Positions 1 to 9,610 of a stretch of DNA of 64,000 bases are shown here, in pieces (within the stretch, counting starts at the first letter, position 1; each line of letters begins with the position of its first letter). A model generated the notes under the pieces. That model was not told the DNA's origin. It ran no database searches and saw only the letters and a list, made by a program, of their open reading frames with translations. This DNA is from Elusimicrobiota bacterium (GTDB lineage: Bacteria > Elusimicrobiota > Elusimicrobia > 2-02-FULL-39-32). A program made the position numbers and the translations under genes. The stretch spans positions 76,744-140,743 of the forward strand of contig JACPBF010000001.1 of the NCBI GenBank assembly GCA_016180425.1, in the 5' to 3' direction.

Positions 1-171
1 GTACACCTATTTTTTCTTTTGGTTGCTCCCAAAGACTCTGCTGGTCTTCACTTAAAAATACTCGCCAAAATTTCAAGGCTGCTCAAAGATAAATTTTTTC
101 GTCAAGCGCTGCGCGAATCCAGGAGTCCGGAGGAAGTGCTAAAACAGATTGAGCAGGAAAGCGAATATTAA
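1..171 (+). CDS. ptsN: PTS EIIA (Ntr/Fru-type) protein, 3' part (runs off window)
   Basis: Frame 1 reads VHLFFLLVAPKDSAGLHLKILAKISRLLKD...EQESEY*, a typical EIIA-Ntr C-terminus; lies directly upstream of hprK. Confidence 0.85.
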   Translation, partial: VHLFFLLVAPKDSAGLHLKILAKISRLLKDKFFRQALRESRSPEEVLKQIEQESEY

Positions 172-189
172 ATTTCTATTTAAAATCCC

Positions 190-1215
190 ATGCCTTTAAG
201 CGTTGAAGAATTCTTTAAAGAAAAAGGGAATGATCTTCAACTAGAAATCTTAAGCGGTTCGCAAGGGTTGCAAAGAGAAATAGCGGTTATAGATTTAAAC
301 CGGCCCGGCCTTGCTCTAGGCGGATTCTTAGAAAATTTCCGATGGGAAAGGATCCAGGTGATTGGCAGAGGTGAACATGCCTACATCAATCATATTACTC
401 AAAAACAATCCCTTGAACCTTTAAAAAGTTTCCTCAAATTTAAAACTCCCTGTTTAATCTTAACCCACAACTCAAGACCAAAAACAGAACTAATAGAACT
501 TTCTAACCAATTCCAAGTTCCACTTTTTGTCAGCGGTCTGCAAACCGCGACCTTGATCGCGGAACTCTCTAATTATCTAGAAGAAAAGCTTTCTCCTACG
601 ATTACAATCCATGGGGTCTTAGTCGAAGTCTATGGTCTGGGAGTACTCATTTCTGGAAATTCAGGAATAGGAAAATCGGAATGCGCTTTAGAACTGATTA
701 AAAGAGGACATATGCTGGTTTCAGATGATGTGGTTAAAGTCCAACACCGCTCAGGAGGCATCTTAATTGGCAAGCCAGCCAATGAAATGATTAAACACCA
801 CATGGAAGTTCGGGGCTTAGGCATCATAGATGTTAAACAGCTATTTGGAGTGAGCGCGATCCTGGATTTTAGCCGAATAGAATTAGCGATTCATCTGGAA
901 ATGTGGGATGAGACTAAAGAATATGACCGTGTGGGCTTAGAAGAACATTCCTTAGAAGTTTTAGGAGTAAGGATACCTAGAATTATCATGCCTGTAAGAC
1001 CAGGAAGAAATTTAGCGATCTTAATAGAAGTGGCAGCTCTCTACCAAAGGTTAAAAGCCCGAGGCATTAATGCGGCTCAAGAAATGGAGAATAATTTATT
1101 AAACTCCTTCACTAAAAGTTCTCAACAAACCCAAACTCAAACCAAACAGGTCAGTCAAAGCGTCACCCGGCAATCCAGAGAAGGTCAGGGAAAAACTCCT
1201 TATAGAAGACGTTAA
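190..1215 (+). CDS. hprK: HPr kinase/phosphorylase
   Basis: Walker A GNSGIGKSE, LVSDD, EVRGLGII, PVRPGRNL motifs. Confidence 0.97.
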   Translation: MPLSVEEFFKEKGNDLQLEILSGSQGLQREIAVIDLNRPGLALGGFLENFRWERIQVIGRGEHAYINHITQKQSLEPLKSFLKFKTPCLILTHNSRPKTELIELSNQFQVPLFVSGLQTATLIAELSNYLEEKLSPTITIHGVLVEVYGLGVLISGNSGIGKSECALELIKRGHMLVSDDVVKVQHRSGGILIGKPANEMIKHHMEVRGLGIIDVKQLFGVSAILDFSRIELAIHLEMWDETKEYDRVGLEEHSLEVLGVRIPRIIMPVRPGRNLAILIEVAALYQRLKARGINAAQEMENNLLNSFTKSSQQTQTQTKQVSQSVTRQSREGQGKTPYRRR

Positions 1216-1234
1216 CAATTTTAACGTATTAACT

Positions 1235-2140
1235 ATGAAGCAAATCAATAAAAGAAGAAAAATATTCAATCGTTCACAAAAAAAAATTTCTAAATTTTTG
1301 TGCGTGATCGTCACTGGAATTTCCGGGGCAGGAAAAAGCCAGGCGATTAAATGTCTAGAAGATTTTGAATTTTTTTGTGTGGACAACCTGCCTGCGCCTC
1401 TTATTCCAAAATTTGCAGACTTAATTTTAGAGTCTGGCAACAGCATGCAGAAAGTAGCTTTAGGGATTGACCTAAGAGAAGGAAAATTCTTTAAAGATCT
1501 GTCTAAAGATCTGCAAAAATTCAAAGAAAAAAAGATCAATACATGGATCCTTTTTTTAGATGCGGATCATGGCACGTTAGTAAAAAGATTTTCCGAAACG
1601 CGCAGGCGCCATCCTACGGGAAAAGGAATTGAAGAAGGCATAAAAGAAGAAAGAAAAAGTTTAAGAGAGATTAGAGCTGTGGCGGACAAAATCATTGACA
1701 CCACCAGCCTAACCCTATCCGAATTAAAAGAGATGGTAGCCTCTTCTTTACCCACAACCCCAGAAAGGAGCCTGCATATATCAATTTATTCTTTTGGCTA
1801 TAAATACGGCATTCCAGCCGATGCGGATATGGTCTGGGATGTTCGTTTTCTGCCCAATCCAAATTATGTTCCATCTTTGCATCAGAAAACAGGACTTTCA
1901 CAAGCTGTAAGAAATTATGTGTTAAAAAAAAAAGAGACCCCTCTTTTTTTAAAAAAAATCTTTTCAATTCTTTCTTTTTGTCTGCCCAAATATATCAAGG
2001 AAGGAAAATCGCACCTCACCATAGCGATTGGCTGCACGGGCGGCAGGCACCGATCTGTAACCATAGCGGAGTCCCTAGCTTCTTACCTTAAAAAAAATGA
2101 ATATCCGGTTACCATCCACCATAGAGATTTAGATCATTAG
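1235..2140 (+). CDS. rapZ: RapZ/YvcJ-family P-loop protein
   Basis: TGISGAGKS, VDNLP, RFSETRRRHP, SFGYKYG, DVRFLPNP, GCTGGRHRSV. Confidence 0.96.
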   Translation: MKQINKRRKIFNRSQKKISKFLCVIVTGISGAGKSQAIKCLEDFEFFCVDNLPAPLIPKFADLILESGNSMQKVALGIDLREGKFFKDLSKDLQKFKEKKINTWILFLDADHGTLVKRFSETRRRHPTGKGIEEGIKEERKSLREIRAVADKIIDTTSLTLSELKEMVASSLPTTPERSLHISIYSFGYKYGIPADADMVWDVRFLPNPNYVPSLHQKTGLSQAVRNYVLKKKETPLFLKKIFSILSFCLPKYIKEGKSHLTIAIGCTGGRHRSVTIAESLASYLKKNEYPVTIHHRDLDH

Positions 2141-2149
2141 AGAACTATC

Positions 2150-2575
2150 ATGATAGGAATTATTATTGTGACACACTTAGATATTGCATCCCCTCTCATA
2201 CAAGAGGCAGAAAGAGTGCTTGCCAAAAAACTCAACATGCTGATCGGCATTAACCTCCATTCTTATGAATCCTCCCAGGCTTTAAACGCGAAAATCTGTG
2301 ATGCGATTCAATTTTTAAAAAAAACAGATGAAGGCTGCTCCGGCATTCTTATCCTATCTGATCTATTTGGCAGCACGCCCACAAATGTGTGTGTGTCTCA
2401 ACTAAAATCTAAAGAAACTGATATAGAAATTCTGACCGGGGTCAATTTACCCATGCTAATCTCTTCTCTCACCTACAGAGATCGGCTGGATCTTAAATCC
2501 CTTGCGGACAAAGTTCTTCTGGACGGGCAAAAGGGGATACAACGCATTAAAAATTTTGCTCCAACTTCTTCTTAA
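2150..2575 (+). CDS. PTS EIIA component, mannose/fructose/sorbose family
   Basis: IIIVTH (phospho-His), DLFGSTP, GVNLPML motifs. Confidence 0.9.
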   Translation: MIGIIIVTHLDIASPLIQEAERVLAKKLNMLIGINLHSYESSQALNAKICDAIQFLKKTDEGCSGILILSDLFGSTPTNVCVSQLKSKETDIEILTGVNLPMLISSLTYRDRLDLKSLADKVLLDGQKGIQRIKNFAPTSS

Positions 2576-2582
2576 ATTAAAA

Positions 2583-2638
2583 TAGTTCATGCCCAATGAG
2601 TCATTTCTACTACGAAAACGCTTTCTAAGCATGAACTA
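2583..2638. repeat. 10-bp perfect inverted repeat (TAGTTCATGC / GCATGAACTA); possible mini-element scar or hairpin
   Basis: Arms at 2583-2592 and 2629-2638, between EIIA and GH57. Confidence 0.55.
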
Positions 2639-2669
2639 AAATAAATTCTATAAACATAAAAACTTAGCT

Positions 2670-4817
2670 ATGGGAGAAATCGTATTTTTATTTGGCATTC
2701 ACAATCACCAGCCTATTGGAAATTTGGAAAATGTTTTTGAAGAGGCTTATGAAAAATCTTACCTCCCATTTTTAAAGGTAGTAGCCCGGCACCCAACGTT
2801 CCGTTGGAATTTACACTGTACTGGGATCCTTTGGGAATGGCTGGAACAAAAACATCCGGAATATGGAGAATCTGTGGCTAAAATGATAGAAGAAGGAAGA
2901 TGCGAACTTCTGTCTGGAGGCTATTATGAACCTATCCTCCCAGTGATTCCAGATCCAGATAAAATTGGGCAAATACAAAAACTGAATCAAGTTCTTAAAA
3001 ATCGCTTTAAGGTCTCCCCAAAAGGAATGTGGTGTGCGGAACGAGTTTGGGAGCCGCACTTACCTAAGCCAATTCGGCAAGCTCAGTTGGAATATACGCT
3101 TTTAGATGACACCCATTTTCTTTCTGCGGGGATGAGCCCTGATCAACTGCATGGCTACTACAAAGTAGAGGAAGAAAATAACGTGATTGATATTTTTCCT
3201 ATCTCAAAAGAATTAAGATACCTGATCCCCTTTGAAACTCCTGAAAAAACAATTGACTGGTTTAAAAAAGTTGCCGATAGAAAAAAGGACAGACTTTTAA
3301 GTTTCCTGATGGCAGATGATGGGGAAAAATTTGGGTTTTGGCCTAAAACTTACAAAAGAGTTTATGAAGATAGGTGGTTGGAACACTTTTTAGAGCTTTT
3401 AGAAAAAAATAACTCTTGGTTAAAGACCGATACGATTTCAAACTTTCGAGAAAAAAATAAACCCGAAGGACGAGTTTATTTGCCTTGCGCCTCTTATTTT
3501 GAAATGTCAGAATGGTCTTTACCCACAAAATCCGCGCAAAATCTTGAAAAAATAGTGGATCATTTAAAGTCCCTGCCTGAGGGCGAGAACATTAAAAATT
3601 TTATCCAAGGAGGCATTTGGAGAAACTTTTTGGCAAAATATGATGAAGCGAATTTAATGTATAAAAAGATGTTAAGGATATCCAAAAAACTGCATGATTT
3701 AGAAAAGCCGCTCAAAAATTTTAAACACCATAAAAAAAATTTTAATCAAGCATTAAATTACTTATGGGGCGCTCAATGTAATTGCGCTTACTGGCATGGA
3801 GTGTTTGGAGGCCTTTATCTCCCTTTTTTAAGACAAGCTATTTTCAAAAATTTAATTTTAGCGGAAAAAACGATGGATTTAATTGTGGGGTCAGATGAGC
3901 CTCCTAAAAAAATTAAAACAGAACCTCTTTCTATTAAAAAAACTGATTTTGACGGGGATGGGGAGGAGGAGATCTTAATTGAAACTCCCATCCACAATTT
4001 TTACATAGCCCCTCATAAAGGCGGAGCGCTTTTTGAACTAGACTTTAAGAAATGCGCTTTAAATATTACTAATGTGCTCACCCGAAGAGCTGAGCACTAT
4101 CATGATAAAATCCTAAAAAATCAGCAAAATAAAGAGGATGCCGGCGAAGTAAAAACAATCCACCAGATTGTTCATTCAAAAGAAAAAAACATACATGAAT
4201 ATCTAAATATTGATTGGTATCAAAGATTAAATCTTCTAGACCATTTTTTACACCCGCACACCACGACTGAAACTTTTATTCAATGCCAATATGGAGAACA
4301 GGGTGATTTTGTCCTTGGAAACTATGCCGCTTTAATTAAAAAAGAGAAGGAGGCTCTTTCTTTGAAACTTCGCAGGGATGGCGTTGTATGGGTGGAAGAC
4401 CAAAAAAAAGAGTTGAGGATACTTAAAGAAATCAGGATTCCTGAACCGCATCTTAAAAATCCATTAAATCAAAACCTAGAATTTAAAATTTTATATAAAA
4501 TCACCAATCTTTCTAATGGGCCAACCGGCGGGTTGTGGTTTGCTCCGGAATTTAATTTTTCTTTTTCAACCCCGGAAACTAAAATCTCTCATCCTCAGCT
4601 TAAAATTTGGCAAAAAAAAGATCCGCACTTTTTCTGGCAGATGTCTGTAGAGTTTTCAGAGCTCACAGATTTATGGACCCTGCCTTTAGAAACTGTTTCT
4701 AACTCTGAAAGCGGTTTTGAAAAAACTTTTCAAGGGATCATATTCCTGCCTCATTGGAAATTTAGTTTAGAGCCTGATCAATCTTTTGAGAGAAGTTTAA
4801 ATTTTAGGTTAGAATAA
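2670..4817 (+). CDS. GH57 alpha-amylase / 4-alpha-glucanotransferase
   Basis: HNHQP, GGYYEPIL, GMWCAERVWEP, DDGEKFG, AQCNCAYWHGVFGGLYLP. Confidence 0.92.
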   Translation: MGEIVFLFGIHNHQPIGNLENVFEEAYEKSYLPFLKVVARHPTFRWNLHCTGILWEWLEQKHPEYGESVAKMIEEGRCELLSGGYYEPILPVIPDPDKIGQIQKLNQVLKNRFKVSPKGMWCAERVWEPHLPKPIRQAQLEYTLLDDTHFLSAGMSPDQLHGYYKVEEENNVIDIFPISKELRYLIPFETPEKTIDWFKKVADRKKDRLLSFLMADDGEKFGFWPKTYKRVYEDRWLEHFLELLEKNNSWLKTDTISNFREKNKPEGRVYLPCASYFEMSEWSLPTKSAQNLEKIVDHLKSLPEGENIKNFIQGGIWRNFLAKYDEANLMYKKMLRISKKLHDLEKPLKNFKHHKKNFNQALNYLWGAQCNCAYWHGVFGGLYLPFLRQAIFKNLILAEKTMDLIVGSDEPPKKIKTEPLSIKKTDFDGDGEEEILIETPIHNFYIAPHKGGALFELDFKKCALNITNVLTRRAEHYHDKILKNQQNKEDAGEVKTIHQIVHSKEKNIHEYLNIDWYQRLNLLDHFLHPHTTTETFIQCQYGEQGDFVLGNYAALIKKEKEALSLKLRRDGVVWVEDQKKELRILKEIRIPEPHLKNPLNQNLEFKILYKITNLSNGPTGGLWFAPEFNFSFSTPETKISHPQLKIWQKKDPHFFWQMSVEFSELTDLWTLPLETVSNSESGFEKTFQGIIFLPHWKFSLEPDQSFERSLNFRLE

Positions 4818-4840
4818 AATAAAAAAGATATAATAAATTA

Positions 4841-5107
4841 ATGATAGAGCATATTTTAAAAGTTGAAAATCAGCTTGGGTTACATGCAAGGCCGGCAGCC
4901 CAATTTGTGCAGACCACCAATAAATTTAAATCTAAAATCCGCGTGCTTAAAGATGGCATGGAAGTGGATGGCAAATCCATCATGGGCCTTCTTACTCTTG
5001 CCGCGGCCATGGGTTCTAACCTAAAAGTGATTATTGAAGGAGAGGATGAAAACCATATGGTAGAGACGCTAAAAAAACTTTTTGAAACTAAATTTGGAGA
5101 GGATTAA
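4841..5107 (+). CDS. ptsH: Phosphocarrier protein HPr
   Basis: GLHARPAA (His15) and DGKSIMGLL (Ser46). Confidence 0.97.
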   Translation: MIEHILKVENQLGLHARPAAQFVQTTNKFKSKIRVLKDGMEVDGKSIMGLLTLAAAMGSNLKVIIEGEDENHMVETLKKLFETKFGED

Positions 5108-5115
5108 AAACCCCA

Positions 5116-6831
5116 ATGGATTCAAAACTTTTTCATGGCATTGCAGCTTCCCCTGGAATAGGGGTAGGAAAAATTTTTCTTCTTGAGAAAGAAGAGCTGA
5201 TCATTGTCAAAAAAGAGATCAAAAAAGAAGATCTTAAAAAAGAGGTTTTAAGATTTGAAAAAGCTTTAAATAACACCAAAAAGGAGATGGCAGAAAATAA
5301 AGAAGAAATGCTTAAACTCCTGGGAAAAACTCATGCTCGGCTTGCGGATGCTTATCTCCTTATCTTGGAAGACCCTATTTTAACCACGGATATTGAAAAA
5401 CAGATCCTAAAGGAAAGAATCAACGCTGAATTTGCCATTGAAAGAGCTTTAGAAAAAGTAATGCATGCCTTTGAAACCATGGAAGATGATTATTTCCGTG
5501 AGAGGATGAATGATATTGTTGAGGTCAGCCAAAAAATTATCAGACATCTTTTAGGTAAAAAAAGAAAGGGTCTTGCTGAAATGACGGAAGAATCCATTGT
5601 GGTAGCTCATAATCTGCTTCCTTCTGATACGATTGCTTTAAAAACAGATCTGATTAAAGGCTTTGCCATTGACGTAGGCGGTAAAACCAGCCATACCGCG
5701 CTTTTAGCGCAAAGTTTAGAAATTCCAGCTGTTGTAGGTTTAAAAGAGATTACTTCCAATACGGAAGCTGGCCAAAAAATGATTGTGGATGGAAATCAAG
5801 GAATAGTGATTATAGAACCAAACCCTACTGCGATTAAAAATTATCGCAGGGAAAAAGAGATACAAAATAAAGAAATACAGGAGCTGATTAAATTAAGAGA
5901 CCTGCCGGCTCAAACCCTGGATGGCAAAAGAATTGAACTTTCTGCCAATATTGAAACAGCGGATGACATTAAAAATGTGCTTTATTACGGCTCTGAAGGA
6001 ATCGGACTTTTCCGCACTGAATATCTTTTTTTAAACCGTTCAGATTTACCTTCAGAGGAAGAACAAGTTGAACACTATGCCCGGGTAGCAAAACAGATGA
6101 TGCCCTACCAAACCCTTTTTAGAACCTTGGATATTGGGGGGGATAAACTCACCTCTTTTATTGACGGCTATGCGCAAGAAAGCAATCCTTTTTTAGGGCT
6201 TAGGGCTTTGCGGTTTTGCTTAAAATATCCTGAAATTTTTAAAACACAACTGCGAGCGATCTTACGCGCTAGCAAAGAAGGAAATGTAAGAGTGATGTTT
6301 CCCATGGTCAGCGGGTTGGATGAATTTATGCAAGGCAAAGCTATTTTAGAATCCATAAAAGAGGAATTGATTAAAGAAAAAAAATTAATGGATCCTAAAA
6401 TAGAAGTTGGCGTTATGATAGAAGTTCCTTCTGCGGCGATCATTGCTGACTTACTCGCGCAAAAAGCGGATTTTCTTTCTATTGGGACTAATGATTTAAT
6501 CCAATACACTCTGGCTGTAGATCGAGTGAATGAAAACGTCGCCTCTTTATATGATCCCAGACACCTTTCTATTTTACGGCTGATTAAAACCATTGTAGAT
6601 GCTGCGCATAATTATGGAAAGTGGGTCGGGATTTGCGGTGAGATGGCTTCTGACATCCATTTTACTAAGTTACTTTTAGGGTTGGGGCTGGATGAGTTTT
6701 CCGTAGTGCCTGCTTTTATTCCCAGACTAAAAAAAATTATCCGTTCTACTGACCTTAAAGATGCAAAAAAACTTGTAGATGAAGAAATGACTTCAGCAAC
6801 TAGAAATCTGCTGGAAGAAACTCTTGATTAA
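5116..6831 (+). CDS. ptsI: PTS enzyme I
   Basis: GGKTSHTA, GIGLFRTEY, RTLDIGGDK, SIGTNDLIQY, GICGEMA. Confidence 0.97.
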   Translation: MDSKLFHGIAASPGIGVGKIFLLEKEELIIVKKEIKKEDLKKEVLRFEKALNNTKKEMAENKEEMLKLLGKTHARLADAYLLILEDPILTTDIEKQILKERINAEFAIERALEKVMHAFETMEDDYFRERMNDIVEVSQKIIRHLLGKKRKGLAEMTEESIVVAHNLLPSDTIALKTDLIKGFAIDVGGKTSHTALLAQSLEIPAVVGLKEITSNTEAGQKMIVDGNQGIVIIEPNPTAIKNYRREKEIQNKEIQELIKLRDLPAQTLDGKRIELSANIETADDIKNVLYYGSEGIGLFRTEYLFLNRSDLPSEEEQVEHYARVAKQMMPYQTLFRTLDIGGDKLTSFIDGYAQESNPFLGLRALRFCLKYPEIFKTQLRAILRASKEGNVRVMFPMVSGLDEFMQGKAILESIKEELIKEKKLMDPKIEVGVMIEVPSAAIIADLLAQKADFLSIGTNDLIQYTLAVDRVNENVASLYDPRHLSILRLIKTIVDAAHNYGKWVGICGEMASDIHFTKLLLGLGLDEFSVVPAFIPRLKKIIRSTDLKDAKKLVDEEMTSATRNLLEETLD

Positions 6832-6872
6832 AAAAAGAACTTTTTGATTTTTAAAACTACTTTTTAGACACC

Positions 6873-8702
6873 ATGTCAGAAACAAATCAAACCCAAGCCC
6901 CGCTTATCAATATCAGAAACTTCTGTATCATTGCTCACATTGATCATGGCAAATCTACTTTGGCGGATCGTCTCTTAGAAAAAACTGGAACCATACCCAT
7001 GAGGCAGATGCAAGCACAGGTTCTGGACAGAATGGATTTAGAACGGGAACGAGGCATTACAATCAAAGCAAAAGCGGTGCGAATGATCTACAAGAATCAA
7101 TTTATTCTGGATTTAATTGATACCCCTGGCCATGTTGATTTTTCCTATGAAGTGAGCCGTTCCCTGGCAGCTTGCGAAGGAGCTCTTTTAGTTGTGGATG
7201 CTTCTCAAGGGGTAGAAGCCCAAACTCTTGCCAACACATTGCTTGCCCAGGAAAGCGGATTAGAACTTATTCCAGTGATTAATAAAATTGATTTACCTCA
7301 AGCTGATATTGAAGGAACAGCGCGGCAAATAAAAGATATTTTAAAAATTGAAAAAAAAGCGATTGCTATAAGCGCAAAAGAAGGCAAAGGGATTGAAGAA
7401 CTCTTAGATATGATTGTAGAGCTGATCCCTCCGCCAAAAGGAGAAGTTAAAGAGCCGCTTTCAGCGCTTGTATTTGATTCTCTTTACGATCCTTACAAAG
7501 GAGTGATTATTTTTGTTCGAGTTTTTTCTGGTCTTATCCAACCTAAAAAAACCCTTCTTTTTCTCTCCAATGGCATTGAGCTGACTCCCGAAGAAGTGGG
7601 ATACCTAACTCCCTTACCCTCTAAATCAAATCAAATTATGACAGGCGAGGTAGGTTACGTGGTAACTGGATTAAAAGATATTCACCTCATTCAAATTGGA
7701 GATACGCTTACGGAAAAATTTAACCCAACAAGCAAATCTCTTCCGGGCTATCGGCCTACCAAACCTTTTGTATTTGCCGGGCTTTATCCACCCAACCCTT
7801 CTGAATACGAAACCCTGAAAAATGCCTTAGAAAAACTACATCTGTCAGATTCTTCCTTTCAATTCCAGCCAGAATCAAGTAATGCTTTAGGTTTTGGATA
7901 CCGATGCGGATTTCTTGGCCTTCTTCATTTGGAAATCATTAAAGAACGATTGCTAAGAGAATTTTCAATAGATGTGCTTTTAACCTCCCCTAATGTTATC
8001 TATCAAATAAAAACAAAACAGGATAAAGGTCAGGCAAGCGATTCTGTAGAAATTGATTCTCCTTCTAAATTTCCCTCCTATGATCAAATTGACTCAATCG
8101 CGGAACCAATTGTTAACACCATGCTGCTCCTGCCGGCAGAATATGTGGGCCCTGTCATGCAAATGGCAAAAGAAAGAAGAGGGGAATTTAAGGACATGCG
8201 TTATTTAACTCCGGAGCGCGTGCTTTTAAGGTATCATATGCCTCTTGCTGAAATTATCATTGACTTTCATGACGCGTTAAAATCTTTAACTAAAGGATAC
8301 GCCTCCTTTGATTATGAACCTGTTGGTTACAGGAAAGATGATCTGGTAAAATTAGAAATTCTCATACACCATGAGGTGGTAGATGCTTTTAGCTCTATAG
8401 CGCACAAAGACAAAGCCTATTCACAGGGAAAAGCTCTTGTAGAAAAATTAAGAGAATTGATCCCGAAACATCTTTTTGAAATCGCGATTCAAGCGCAAGT
8501 GCATAACAAAATCATCGCTAGAGAAACCATTAAAGCCTTTCGAAAAGACGTGATCGCTAAATGTTATGGGGGGGATATTACGCGCAAAAGAAAACTGCTA
8601 GAGAAACAAAAAGAGGGAAAAAGAAAAATGAAGCAGATCGGAAATGTAGAAATTCCTAATGAAGCGTTTCTTTCTATCCTACAATTATCCAAAAAACCAT
8701 AA
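6873..8702 (+). CDS. lepA: Elongation factor 4 (LepA)
   Basis: IIAHIDHGKSTLADR, DTPGHVDF, GFLGLLH, KCYGGDITRKRKLLEKQK. Confidence 0.98.
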   Translation: MSETNQTQAPLINIRNFCIIAHIDHGKSTLADRLLEKTGTIPMRQMQAQVLDRMDLERERGITIKAKAVRMIYKNQFILDLIDTPGHVDFSYEVSRSLAACEGALLVVDASQGVEAQTLANTLLAQESGLELIPVINKIDLPQADIEGTARQIKDILKIEKKAIAISAKEGKGIEELLDMIVELIPPPKGEVKEPLSALVFDSLYDPYKGVIIFVRVFSGLIQPKKTLLFLSNGIELTPEEVGYLTPLPSKSNQIMTGEVGYVVTGLKDIHLIQIGDTLTEKFNPTSKSLPGYRPTKPFVFAGLYPPNPSEYETLKNALEKLHLSDSSFQFQPESSNALGFGYRCGFLGLLHLEIIKERLLREFSIDVLLTSPNVIYQIKTKQDKGQASDSVEIDSPSKFPSYDQIDSIAEPIVNTMLLLPAEYVGPVMQMAKERRGEFKDMRYLTPERVLLRYHMPLAEIIIDFHDALKSLTKGYASFDYEPVGYRKDDLVKLEILIHHEVVDAFSSIAHKDKAYSQGKALVEKLRELIPKHLFEIAIQAQVHNKIIARETIKAFRKDVIAKCYGGDITRKRKLLEKQKEGKRKMKQIGNVEIPNEAFLSILQLSKKP

Positions 8703-8713
8703 AGGACGCCTTA

Positions 8714-9598
8714 ATGAAACCAGCGGAAAATAATAGCGAATCTTACCACCTATTCCTTTTCTGGCTCCTATCCATTTGCGGGTTAGGGATCATAGGATGG
8801 AAATTCTTTGCTTGCCAAGAAGAACCCATGGAAACTAAAGTCATTTATGTTTTCTCCACATTCCTAGCCGCCTCTTTTCTTTTTCGATGGATTAGAAAAA
8901 AAAGCTCTGGAGTCAAAATTGAAAAATGGACTAGAGAAGCGATTGAATGGTCTGACACTGGCGTATCTGCGGTTCTATTGGCATTCTTAATCATGGCATT
9001 CTTGATCCAAGCTTTTAAAATCCCTTCTGGTTCCATGCGTCCAACCCTGGAGATTGGAGATCATCTGTTTGTGAACAAATTTATTTATGGCACGCAGATT
9101 CCATTTACATCTAAAAAGTTGTGGGATTTTAAGGAAGTCAAAAGATTTGATGTGGTTGTTTTTTTGTGCCCTCCCAATGCCCTGTCTGAAGAGGAAAGGA
9201 AAAAAGGGATAAAAAAAGATTTTATAAAAAGAGCCATTGGGCTGCCTGGAGACATGATAGAGATAAAAAATAAGATGCTGTTCATTAATGGGAAAAAAAT
9301 GGATGACATTCACGGACATTTTTTGCATCCAACAATTTATGCAAAGTCAAAATTTTATAAAAATGAGGTGGAATACCAAAAAAATTGGGAAAACGGAGAT
9401 TTCATTTATTTGCCTGCAGAAGCGATCCGAGACAATTTTGGTCCTATCAAAGTGCCGGAAAAACATTTTTTTGTCATGGGAGACAATCGGGATGGATCCT
9501 TTGATTCCAGATTTTGGGGACCACTCTCAGAAAAACAAATAAAAGGCAGGGCCTGGCTCCTCTACTGGCCGTTCACTAGATTTAAAATAATTCATTAA
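8714..9598 (+). CDS. lepB: Signal peptidase I
   Basis: IPSGSMRPTL, FIKRAIGLPGD, MGDNRDGSFDSRFWG; N-terminal TM segments. Confidence 0.96.
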   Translation: MKPAENNSESYHLFLFWLLSICGLGIIGWKFFACQEEPMETKVIYVFSTFLAASFLFRWIRKKSSGVKIEKWTREAIEWSDTGVSAVLLAFLIMAFLIQAFKIPSGSMRPTLEIGDHLFVNKFIYGTQIPFTSKKLWDFKEVKRFDVVVFLCPPNALSEEERKKGIKKDFIKRAIGLPGDMIEIKNKMLFINGKKMDDIHGHFLHPTIYAKSKFYKNEVEYQKNWENGDFIYLPAEAIRDNFGPIKVPEKHFFVMGDNRDGSFDSRFWGPLSEKQIKGRAWLLYWPFTRFKIIH

Positions 9599-9610
9599 AT
9601 TTTATTGCCG

